The notes beneath the pieces are model-generated. The model worked only from the letters and a program-made list of their open reading frames with translations, was not told where the DNA came from and ran no database searches. 45,283 nucleotides of DNA. Source: an uncultured bacterium. Lineage in GTDB: Bacteria; Deinococcota; Deinococci; Deinococcales; Trueperaceae. Of the stretch, positions 36,165 through 44,154 are shown piece by piece. Position 1 is the stretch's first letter, and the number at the start of each line of letters is the position of its first letter. A program made the translations under genes and the position numbers. Location of the stretch: positions 1-45,283 of the forward strand of contig CAZPWN010000002.1 of assembly GCA_964590475.1 (NCBI GenBank), in the 5' to 3' direction.

Positions 36165-36386
36165 TTACTCTCCGGCCACGGCCGTGAGTCCTGCCACGAA
36201 CTGGTCGATGAAGAAGGTGTAGAGCACGGCCACCGGGATGCTGGCTATGAGCGCCCCGGCCAGGAGGGGACCCCAGCGGAACACGTCGCCGCGCACCAGC
36301 TCCGTGGGGATACCGATGCTCACCGTCTTCTGGGCCGACTCCTGAACGAAGGTGAGTGCGTAAACGAACTCGCTGGCAGCGCCCAA
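36165..36386 (-). pseudogene. orphan 3' remnant of a carbohydrate ABC transporter permease (MalG/BPD_transp_1 C-terminus only)
   Basis: The 73-aa ORF ...EFVYALTFVQESAQKTVSIGIPTELVRGDVFRWGPLLAGALIASIPVAVLYTFFIDQFVAGLTAVAGE matches only the last ~70 residues of ~280-aa sugar permeases. An in-frame TAG lies just upstream. No partner permease, SBP or ATPase is nearby. Confidence 0.6.
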
Positions 36387-36428
36387 GCACCGTGCCCGCT
36401 AGTGCGTTATGTGCTTAGCGTCAGATGG

Positions 36429-38441
36429 TTAGTTGCCCGGCGGCAGTGCGGGCGGCTGCCAGCTCAGCTGGAGGCTGTTGGCGGCCGCGGCATCCCCCGG
36501 CGCGCCCTCCGCGGTGACGGCGAGCGGCACCTCGAGCAGAACGTGGCGGATGAGGCAGAGTTCCGCCTCCGTCTCGCGGCAGTAGTAGAGCAGCACGTCC
36601 GCCTTCACGCTGCCCTCGCCCCCGGTGAAGGTCAGGTCGAACTCCAGCGTGGCGGGGTACTCGGGCTCCGCGAGTGTGAGGGACGTGTTACTCGTCGCCT
36701 CTGCAGCCCCTCCCTCGAACGTCAGGTTCACCTGCAGCGGGGCCAGATGGTTGGCCTTGTAACCCTCCGGCAGGCTGAGGGTGAGCGACAGGCTGCCCTC
36801 GCCGGGGGCCACGCTCACCGGTGGCGCCTCGATGACCTCGTCATAGCGCACCTGCCGCGCCGCCTCGCGGGTGAGGAGACCCTCAGGATCCGTGAGGGCG
36901 AGGGTGCGCACCACCAGCGAATCCAGGTTGGCCACCCGGACGACGTGGTTGTTGGTGTCGGCTATGAAGAGCGAGCTGCCCATGACGCTGAGGCCGCCGG
37001 GCTCGTAGAAGCGGGCCTCGTCCGCCGCGCCGTCCTGCCACCCCTCCGCGCCGCTGCCGAAGAGAGTGACGCTCTCCCGCGTCTCCGGATCCAACTGCTT
37101 GATCTTGTGGTTGTAGGTGTCTGCCACGTAGAGCATGCCCTCCGAGTAGGCCACGTCCTTGGGGTGCTGCAGCAGGGCCGCGTCGCCCACGCCGTCCGCA
37201 TCGCCGAAGTCGAACAGGCCCGTGCCGACCAGGGTGCCCAGCGTGCCGCCCTCGGCCACGTCCACGCGCCTGACGGCGCTGGCCTCGCTGTCGGCCACGT
37301 AGAGGAGCTGGCCGTCGGTGGCCAGCCCGCTGGGCTGGTTGAGTCCGCCCATCAGGGCCACTCCATCGCGCAGCTCCTCCCGGCCGCTGCCCGCATGTAG
37401 CACCAGGTCCTGCTCGAGCGGGCGGTAGCGCCAGATCTGGTGCTGCCCGGCCATGGCGATGTAGAGCTGGTCGTTGACCCACAGCACGTCCCACGGTGAG
37501 TTCAAGCCGCCCGAGGCCGGCGCCGTGCTGCGCCCGAAGAGGTACTCCTGCTCGCCGGTGCCGGCGGCGGTGACCACCGTGCGGGCGGCTAGGTCCACCA
37601 GCCTGATGCTGTGGTTGCCGGTGTCCGCTACGTAGAGCGTGTCCTTCCCGGCCAGTGTCATGCCTTGCGGCGTGTGGAAGGAGGCCTCCGCGAACGAGCC
37701 GTCCTGCAGCCGGGGCTGGCCGTCGCCTATGACGTCCAGCACCGTGCCCTGGAAGTCCGTGACGACTATGCGGTTGTGCCCGCTGTCGGCTATGAATAGC
37801 CTCCCGCCCAGCGGGTCCGCCAGCACGTGGCCCGGGAAGCGCAGCGGGGTGCGCGGCGCCGTCACGGCGCCGGCGTTCAGCTGCAGCGGCGTGCGGTCCA
37901 GCGTGCCGCGCTCGTCGAACACCTCCACCATGCCCGAGATGACCTCGTCGAACAGGTCGTAGATGCCCTCGCCCTCGTGCCTGCCCAGGATGTTGCCCTC
38001 GGGGTCGATGAGGATGAAGCTGGGCCAGGCCCGGATGCCGTACTCGCTCCAGATGGTGAAGGCGGCGTCGTTCACTATGGGCTCGGTCCGGCCGTAACGC
38101 TCGGCGATCAGGCGGATGTTGGCGGTCTCCGACTCGTTGTAGAACTTGGCGGAGTGCACTCCGATGACCACCAGCTCGTCTTCGTACTTGGCCATAAGCG
38201 CGTGCAGGTCGGGGATGACGTGGATGCAGTTGATGCAGCCGTAGGTCCAGAAGTCGAGCAGCACCACCTTGCCGCGCAGCTCCTCCAAGGTCAGCGCGCG
38301 GTCCGTGTTGATCCAGTCGAGCCCGGGCGGGAACTCGGGCGCGGGCGCCCGGCCCACGAACGACTGGGCGGCACCGGGGGCGCTGACCAGGGTGCCTAGC
38401 AGCACCGCCAGCAGGGTGGCAAGGAGCAGCAGCTTGCGCAT
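36429..38441 (-). CDS. secreted thioredoxin-like (redoxin) domain plus NHL-repeat beta-propeller protein (NHLRC2-like architecture)
   Basis: 670 aa, signal peptide MRKLLLLATLLAVLLGTLVSAPGAAQ. The redoxin domain is GKVVLLDFWTYGCINCIHVIPDL (CxxC). There are at least five NHL-type repeats (LFIADSGHNRIVV, LYVADTGNHSIRL, LYVADSEASAVRR, LYVADTYNHKIKQ, LFIADTNNHVVRV), followed by a C-terminal beta-rich domain. Confidence 0.85.
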   Translation of the reverse strand: MRKLLLLATLLAVLLGTLVSAPGAAQSFVGRAPAPEFPPGLDWINTDRALTLEELRGKVVLLDFWTYGCINCIHVIPDLHALMAKYEDELVVIGVHSAKFYNESETANIRLIAERYGRTEPIVNDAAFTIWSEYGIRAWPSFILIDPEGNILGRHEGEGIYDLFDEVISGMVEVFDERGTLDRTPLQLNAGAVTAPRTPLRFPGHVLADPLGGRLFIADSGHNRIVVTDFQGTVLDVIGDGQPRLQDGSFAEASFHTPQGMTLAGKDTLYVADTGNHSIRLVDLAARTVVTAAGTGEQEYLFGRSTAPASGGLNSPWDVLWVNDQLYIAMAGQHQIWRYRPLEQDLVLHAGSGREELRDGVALMGGLNQPSGLATDGQLLYVADSEASAVRRVDVAEGGTLGTLVGTGLFDFGDADGVGDAALLQHPKDVAYSEGMLYVADTYNHKIKQLDPETRESVTLFGSGAEGWQDGAADEARFYEPGGLSVMGSSLFIADTNNHVVRVANLDSLVVRTLALTDPEGLLTREAARQVRYDEVIEAPPVSVAPGEGSLSLTLSLPEGYKANHLAPLQVNLTFEGGAAEATSNTSLTLAEPEYPATLEFDLTFTGGEGSVKADVLLYYCRETEAELCLIRHVLLEVPLAVTAEGAPGDAAAANSLQLSWQPPALPPGN

Positions 38442-38531
38442 GCTCAGATGATAGAGCGCGGCGGGGCCGTGCCGCGTTCTATGGCAGCCGACGGTCGAGC
38501 GGTCCTGTGTTTGCCGGCGGCCGAGGGGGCA

Positions 38532-39560
38532 CTACGGGAGCCAGGCGAGCAGTTCTTCCACCAGGCTAGCTTCGTCCAGGACGTACGCCCCGGTGAGATC
38601 GTGATTGCCGAGGTCCACCAGGTACGGCCCCGTGCCGTCGTTGGGGACTATCAGAGTGTCTCTCAGGCCGTACGGACGTCCGCCCACGAACGCCACGTAT
38701 TTCCCGTCGGGCGAGAAAGTAGGACCGAAGTTGCCGGTGGGGCCGGTGGTCAGCTGGCGGGGCTCCGCACCAGGCACGAGGTCAAGCACCCAGATGTCGC
38801 CGTTCAAGGAGTACGCCAGCTGAGTGCCGTCGTGGGAGAGAGTCAGATGGCTCACGCCGCTCAGGCCCCAGGTTGCGCGGTCGAAGGTCCTCAGCACGAA
38901 GACGCCTACCTCGTCGTCCTCGAGGAACTCCGCGAGTTCCACGGCGATGACGGCCGCGTACTCACCCTCTCCCAACGCCCCTTCCGAGATGGTGGCGAAT
39001 ACTAGCTCGCTGGCATCCGTCCACAGGAGGTTGGACTGCACCAGTCCGGGCTGAGAGGTGTAGTGGATGGTGGTGCCAGCGGGCGAGGTCGTGGCGTCGA
39101 CCTCTATCAACTCGAGGAAGGGCGAGCCGGAAGCCGAGAGGGTAGCGGCCACGTACTGTCCGCCGGGCGCTACCGCCAGCTGGTGGACGCGCCACATGTC
39201 TTCCGTTTGCGGCCAGGTGAACGCGCGCTTCTGTCCGAAGGTGTCGAGGTCGTGAACCGTCACGAACATCGGGTCTTTCATGTTGAGGTCGGCGACGTAG
39301 AGCTCCCGGTCCGCTAGGTTGAGTGCGGGGGTGCTGTAGGACGTGGGAGCGCTGATCTTCTCCTCCCAGGCCCCATTGGCCGTCAGGTCCATGGTGTGGA
39401 TATAGCCCGTGCCACGGGCCACGAAGCGGCCTTGGAACGGATGGGGAGGCGGATCGCTGGGCCCGCCAGGTCCGCCGGGTCCGCCGGGGTTGGCACCGCC
39501 GCAGCCTGCGATGAACAGGAGGCTGCCAAGGATAAAAGTGAGAGTTCTCCGTCGCTTCAC
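38532..39560 (-). CDS. lipoprotein with TolB/PD40-like beta-propeller
   Basis: The real start is the GTG at 39558..39560 with GGAGG 5 nt upstream, 342 aa; the 761-aa track ORF is an Arg-rich artefact. Lipobox LLFIAGCGG is followed by a Gly/Pro linker. The PD40-type repeat is GPTFSPDGKYVAFVG, with SHDGTQLAYSLNGDIWVLD. Confidence 0.8.
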   Translation of the reverse strand: MKRRRTLTFILGSLLFIAGCGGANPGGPGGPGGPSDPPPHPFQGRFVARGTGYIHTMDLTANGAWEEKISAPTSYSTPALNLADRELYVADLNMKDPMFVTVHDLDTFGQKRAFTWPQTEDMWRVHQLAVAPGGQYVAATLSASGSPFLELIEVDATTSPAGTTIHYTSQPGLVQSNLLWTDASELVFATISEGALGEGEYAAVIAVELAEFLEDDEVGVFVLRTFDRATWGLSGVSHLTLSHDGTQLAYSLNGDIWVLDLVPGAEPRQLTTGPTGNFGPTFSPDGKYVAFVGGRPYGLRDTLIVPNDGTGPYLVDLGNHDLTGAYVLDEASLVEELLAWLP

Positions 39561-39667
39561 GAGCACCTCCGCCGAACTGCGCTCGGCCAAGTTCGGGGCC
39601 GACCAGCCCCCGGTCGGCGATGCAGGAAAGGCTAACAGACGCGCGTCAAAAAACCTGGGGAACGGGC

Positions 39668-40780
39668 TCAGGCACCACGTTGCAGGATGGTGTACGCCTC
39701 GCCCACCAGCTTGAACTGCTCTTCCGCGAACGCCACCAACGACTTGGGCGACTTGCGGCCTCTCAGACCGTCCGGGTGGAGGGCCGTCTGCAGCTCGCGG
39801 TAACGCTGCCTTATCTGCTCCTGGCTGGCGCCTTCGCTCAACTCGAAGATCGCAAGTGCGTCGGCGCGGGTGCGTGGCCTGGCGGCCGAAGGGCGCGGGC
39901 CAGGGCCGGCGCCCGCCCCAGAGGCCTGGCCCGGCGCCGCACCGCGCGCCGCAGCCGCGCGCCCCTCGGTGAGGCCCACCCGGTAGCCGGACCGGTAGGC
40001 GGCTTCCCGCTCGGCCCGGATGCGCCCCTCGAGCTTGCTGACCGCGGTGCGCTCGCCGTCGTTCACGCCGCGGAGGTACGCCTGCGTGGTGAGCTGGCTG
40101 ACCTCGGCCCGCGCTTCCACGGCTCCGTCCGCGCGGCCCTGCACGTAGGCGGCGTTGGCAGCCGAGGAGATCCTCGTCTGGATGCCGGCCGTGTCCTGCG
40201 ACTGGCCCTGACGGAGGCCCTCGGCGTACTGCTCCTTGGCTAGCGCCGACAGGTACGCCTTCATGGCCTCCAGGCGGCCGGCAGCTTCCTGACGGATGAG
40301 GCTCTCGATCTCGCTGTCCAGCCGCGAGAACTCGGGTGCGGTAGCGCGCCTTGAGCCGGCGAATCTGCGGTAGTCGCGCGGCATGAGCAGGAGGCCCAGT
40401 ACGTAGGCGGCGGTCAAGGTGAGCACCGCCAGGAGGAGCCACTGCCACTGCGGCCAGGCGGGCAGCCAGGCGGCCCGGTTCGGCAGCACGCGCAGGGCCG
40501 CGCCCATGGGCACGGATGCCAGAACGACTCCGCCCGCGGCCGCGCCGCCCATGGTCAGGCTGCGCCGCCGTACGTACGCAGCCACGCGCTTCTCCTCCGC
40601 GGCCAACTGGTGGTGCCAGGCCCGCTTGTAGCCGAGCTTCACGCCGTCCCGGTAGAGCGCCTCTACCAGTTCGTGGCCGCGCTCGTCCGTCTGCTGCACG
40701 GCGAGGCCGTCCGGCCGTATGGCGCGGGCCACGAGCCACACGAACAGGAGCAACGTACCGACTAAGAGCAGCAGCGCCAA
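39668..40780 (-). CDS. membrane protein with C-terminal J-domain (DnaJ-like co-chaperone)
   Basis: 370 aa, TTG start with GGGAGG 9 nt upstream. There are about three TM segments in the first 140 aa. The C-terminal J-domain is ALAIFELSEGASQEQIRQRYRELQTALHPDG, with HPD encoded at 39770..39778. Confidence 0.8.
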   Translation of the reverse strand: MALLLLVGTLLLFVWLVARAIRPDGLAVQQTDERGHELVEALYRDGVKLGYKRAWHHQLAAEEKRVAAYVRRRSLTMGGAAAGGVVLASVPMGAALRVLPNRAAWLPAWPQWQWLLLAVLTLTAAYVLGLLLMPRDYRRFAGSRRATAPEFSRLDSEIESLIRQEAAGRLEAMKAYLSALAKEQYAEGLRQGQSQDTAGIQTRISSAANAAYVQGRADGAVEARAEVSQLTTQAYLRGVNDGERTAVSKLEGRIRAEREAAYRSGYRVGLTEGRAAAARGAAPGQASGAGAGPGPRPSAARPRTRADALAIFELSEGASQEQIRQRYRELQTALHPDGLRGRKSPKSLVAFAEEQFKLVGEAYTILQRGA

Positions 40781-40912
40781 CTTGCCTGGCCTCCCGAGGG
40801 TCAGGTGCGGGTCGCACCTTGGTAGCGCAACTCTACCCAGTCCCGTTCCGGTTGGTATGGGCCGAAAGTAGGAGACGGCGGGCGCGGCCCACTTCGGGAA
40901 CCTGCAGCGTGT

Positions 40913-41737
40913 CTAGTTGAGGGGCCGCACCGTGAGCGTCTGAGCGAACGTACCGAAGGGCCCCTCGCGGTCATGCAGGACGGTATGCGTGAGGCCCGCG
41001 CCGCCTGGGCCGAAGGAGGCCGTGGTGTCCAGGCCCGTCAGCTCGTCCACCGGCTCCCTGAACACGTGCACGGTGAGGTCGAGGTTCGGGAACGCCACCT
41101 GACCGGGCGCCACCCTGGCGGCCACGCCGTTGGAGACGTCTATGAGCCGCAGCACGTGGGCCAGCGGGCTCACGCGCTCCCCGGCCAGCAGCGGTACGTC
41201 GCTGCGGAGCCAGAACTGCACCCGTCCCACCTCCAGCTCGTGGCGCCATATCTGCGGCGTGCGCACGAAGTCGCCGGCCCAGTCCGTGTGGAGGCCCCAG
41301 CGCTCCATCTCCTCCTTGGGCTTCATGGGCGGGAAGGGGGAGCCCTGCAGTGCAGCGGTGTCGTACCGCGCCGTGAACCAGCCACGGGCTATCACCGCGT
41401 CGCGCCCCTTCTGGCTCATACGCGCCTCCACCAGCTCGATGGTGCGGCCGGGCCGCAGCACGTTCACCGTCACGTCCATGGGCTCGAGCGGCATGGTGCC
41501 GAGGATGTCGTAAGAGAGGCGGGTCAGGCGCAGGTCGTCCTCGCGCCTGGCGGCGAAGTCCGTCTCCATCAGGTGGGCCAGCAACCCGATGGAGGGGGCT
41601 ATGTGCTGCTCCTCCGTGTTCCAGGCTCCGCTCAGTAGCTGCGTGGCGCCGAAGCGCGTGGCCGACTCCCTTACGAAGTAGGCTTCGGCGCCCCGTTCGG
41701 TGGCGTCTCTGTTCTGTGCTTCCTTCTGTTCAGGCAT
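40913..41737 (-). CDS. acyl-CoA thioesterase-like (double hotdog, TesB/4HBT_3-like) protein
   Basis: 274 aa from the ATG at 41737; ATG 41791 and TTG 41803 are alternatives that would overlap the upstream permease. The pattern GAWNTEEQHIAPSIGLLAHL...VLRPGRTIELVEARM...NLDLTVHVFREP resembles thioesterase-like superfamily proteins. Confidence 0.65.
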   Translation of the reverse strand: MPEQKEAQNRDATERGAEAYFVRESATRFGATQLLSGAWNTEEQHIAPSIGLLAHLMETDFAARREDDLRLTRLSYDILGTMPLEPMDVTVNVLRPGRTIELVEARMSQKGRDAVIARGWFTARYDTAALQGSPFPPMKPKEEMERWGLHTDWAGDFVRTPQIWRHELEVGRVQFWLRSDVPLLAGERVSPLAHVLRLIDVSNGVAARVAPGQVAFPNLDLTVHVFREPVDELTGLDTTASFGPGGAGLTHTVLHDREGPFGTFAQTLTVRPLN

Positions 41738-41777
41738 CTCGGTGAGCCAGCATATCTGGGGGGGTGCGGCAACCTGG

Positions 41778-43289
41778 TCACCTGCGGGCATGGGCCACAG
41801 CAACGAGTGCGGCGGCCAGCGCGAGGGGGATAAGGGCGCCCCAGGAGCCGATAGCGAAGTAGTAGGCGGTCACCCCCAGCACCAGCGGCACCAGAGCCTC
41901 GAGGACCGTGCTCACCGGGTCGCCCATGCCCTTGCGCTTGAAGAGGTCCTTGCGGTCGGCGGTGGTGGGGTTCCAGAGGCGCATGAGCACCACGGCAAGG
42001 CTCGTGGTCGCCGTCAGCAGCAGCGCCGCCACGCCGGCTAGCGGGCTGAGCGCGAGGAGCCACACGCTGATGGGCAGCGCTACCAGCAGAACTGGGAGTA
42101 GCGCAGCGAGCATCTTCGACCGCTCCACCTGTTGAGCGCCCACGGGAGCGGCCAGCAGCAGGTCCGGCGCCTCCTCGCCCGCGAACACGATGCGTGCGAG
42201 GGACGACGCCGTGGTGCCGGCAAGCACGGTCAGCGCCACGGCCGCGCTCGGGTACACGGCGAGGCCGCTGAAGGCCCCGGCGTCGCTGAAGAACAGGACG
42301 AAGAGCGCCGGCAGGAGGTAGGCGCTCTGCAGCAGGACCTGCGAGATGAGGAAAGGATCGCGCCGGATGAGCTTCCACTCCTTGCGCAGTAGCACGGTCC
42401 GTGCGCTGCCGACGTTGAGGCTCACCCGTTCGTCCTGCCGCCGCCGCTTCTTGCCGGTGGTCGTCACCTCCTCAGCGACGCCGTACGCGAACGAGCGGTG
42501 CAGCACCACCACGGTGGCCCAGTAGAGCAGCGCGGCCAGTGCCAGCGACGTGATGGTGCCCAGCGGGTGCAGGTACATGGCGCGGAACGGCAGCCAAACG
42601 AGGCTATCTGCGGCGAGGGGCCCACCGGGCTGGAAGTAGCTCAGCAGCGGCGCGAGGGATAGGGGCGAGGCGCCGCGCCTGACGAGGATGTTGGGTAGCT
42701 GGGAGGCCAGCACGAGGACGAAGCCGGTGAGGGCCGCCAGCACCTGCGAGAAGGTGCGCGCCCGGCGGGCGCCCAGCAGCCGGACCAGCAGCAGGGTGAT
42801 GAGCATGCCGAGGCAGGCTGACGTGATGGAGAGCGTGAGCAGCGTGGGGATGGCGCCGAGCAGTTGCGGCACGCCGATCATCACGCCGATGGAGGCCACG
42901 GGCAGGAGGAACAGGCCCAGCACCACGAACACGCCTGCTGCCACGGCCAGCACCCTGCTTGCGAAGACCGTGCGGCTGCCGATGGGGGAGGAGTTGAGCA
43001 GGTCGAGGTCGCCCCGCTCGAACAGGGCCGCGACGGAGTGGTTGATGCCGGTAGAGACGCCGAAGGGGAGCAGGACCAACACCACCGCCGCGGCGACGAG
43101 TGCGGCCTCCGGTGGGAGCGGAGTGGTGAGGAGCCCGCGGAGGTTGCCGGCTATGTAGTAGAGAACCAGGTGCGCCACCACGAAGATGATGCCGCCCGTC
43201 AGCAGCAACGTGGACGCGCGCGTCTCGCCCGTCAGCTCACGCCAGCGGACGCGGACCTCGTTCCGGAGTAGAAGCATGAGCGGCGCCAC
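41778..43289 (-). CDS. polytopic membrane protein, putative ABC exporter permease
   Basis: 503 aa, with more than 10 hydrophobic segments. The GTG start lies 2 nt after the stop of the upstream ABC ATPase. No catalytic motif was seen; the assignment rests on context. Confidence 0.65.
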   Translation of the reverse strand: MAPLMLLLRNEVRVRWRELTGETRASTLLLTGGIIFVVAHLVLYYIAGNLRGLLTTPLPPEAALVAAAVVLVLLPFGVSTGINHSVAALFERGDLDLLNSSPIGSRTVFASRVLAVAAGVFVVLGLFLLPVASIGVMIGVPQLLGAIPTLLTLSITSACLGMLITLLLVRLLGARRARTFSQVLAALTGFVLVLASQLPNILVRRGASPLSLAPLLSYFQPGGPLAADSLVWLPFRAMYLHPLGTITSLALAALLYWATVVVLHRSFAYGVAEEVTTTGKKRRRQDERVSLNVGSARTVLLRKEWKLIRRDPFLISQVLLQSAYLLPALFVLFFSDAGAFSGLAVYPSAAVALTVLAGTTASSLARIVFAGEEAPDLLLAAPVGAQQVERSKMLAALLPVLLVALPISVWLLALSPLAGVAALLLTATTSLAVVLMRLWNPTTADRKDLFKRKGMGDPVSTVLEALVPLVLGVTAYYFAIGSWGALIPLALAAALVAVAHARR

Positions 43290-43291
43290 GC

Positions 43292-44044
43292 CTACACTTG
43301 CTCTACGAGCCGCAAGAAGACGTCCTCCAGCGTGTCACCTTCGCTCCCGGCCGCGGTGCGCAACTCGGCCAGGGTGCCTTCGGCGATCAGGCGACCCTGA
43401 CTGATGATGCCTATGCGTTCGGCCATGCGCTCGGCTATCTCCATGATGTGGGTGGTCAGCACCACGGTCTTGCCGGAACCGGCGAACTCCTCCAGCAGGT
43501 CCTTCACCTCCCGCGCCGCGGCGGCGTCGAGGCCCGTGAGCGGCTCGTCGAGGATCATCACCTCGGGATCATGGATCAGGCCGCCGGCCAGCCCGAGCTT
43601 CTGCTTCATGCCGCGCGAGAAGGTCTCCACCATGTCGTGCCTGTTGCCCCACAGGTCGAGCCACTTGAGGAGTTCCTCCGCCCGCGTCGAGGCGCGCTCG
43701 GCCGGCACGTTCCACAGGCCGGCCACGAACCCTAAGTACTCGAGCGGGTTCAGCTTGCCGTAGAGCAGGGGCTCGTCGGGCAGGAAGGCGAGAAGCTTCT
43801 TGGCCTCGGTGGGGGTTCTCGTGACGCTGTGGCCGAGGACCAGCGCGTCGCCCGCGTCCGGCCGCAGCAGGCCCGCCACCATGCGCAGCGTGGTGGTCTT
43901 GCCGGCCCCGTTGGGGCCCAGCAGGGCGTAGAGCTCGCCGCGCCGCACCTCGAGGGACATGCCGTCCACTGCCTTCTTGGCTCCGAACCGTTTGGCGAGG
44001 CCCTGCAGCTCGAGTGCGGGAGCGTCTTCGGTCCGTGGCTGCAT
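43292..44044 (-). CDS. ABC transporter ATP-binding protein (ABC-2/DrrA-like)
   Basis: 250 aa with Walker A GPNGAGKTT, Q-loop, signature FSRGMKQKLGLA, Walker B VMILDEPLTGLD and an H-loop TTH. Confidence 0.95.
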   Translation of the reverse strand: MQPRTEDAPALELQGLAKRFGAKKAVDGMSLEVRRGELYALLGPNGAGKTTTLRMVAGLLRPDAGDALVLGHSVTRTPTEAKKLLAFLPDEPLLYGKLNPLEYLGFVAGLWNVPAERASTRAEELLKWLDLWGNRHDMVETFSRGMKQKLGLAGGLIHDPEVMILDEPLTGLDAAAAREVKDLLEEFAGSGKTVVLTTHIMEIAERMAERIGIISQGRLIAEGTLAELRTAAGSEGDTLEDVFLRLVEQV

Positions 44045-44087
44045 GCCACGGTCATACCAGATCGTTTCGGGGCGCGCCTAGACACCT

Positions 44088-44109
44088 CATATTAGCAGGT
44101 GCTAATATG
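44088..44109. promoter_or_regulatory. perfect 22-bp palindrome, probable ArsR-family operator in the divergent promoter region
   Basis: CATATTAGCA GG TGCTAATATG: 10-bp perfect arms, AT-rich in a GC-rich background. It lies 46 nt upstream of the SRPBCC-ArsR operon start and 44 nt upstream of the divergent ABC ATPase start. Confidence 0.6.
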
Positions 44110-44154
44110 ACGAGCGCGGCCACCCATGGAAGGGGCCCGGATCAGGAGAAGCGT

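Noticed and set aside
39648-39672. Intrinsic terminator right after the J-domain gene (T6 run on the minus strand)
   Set aside because: The preceding stem is only about 4 bp (CCTG/CAGG) and includes the stop codon. That is too weak to annotate, so it is mentioned only as a caveat on operon structure.
39561-40817. Upstream 419-aa extension of the 761-aa ORF (38532..40817)
   Set aside because: The extension is Arg/Pro/Gly-rich and overlaps the J-domain gene out of frame. A GTG with a GGAGG SD at 39560 starts a clean lipoprotein signal peptide with a lipobox.
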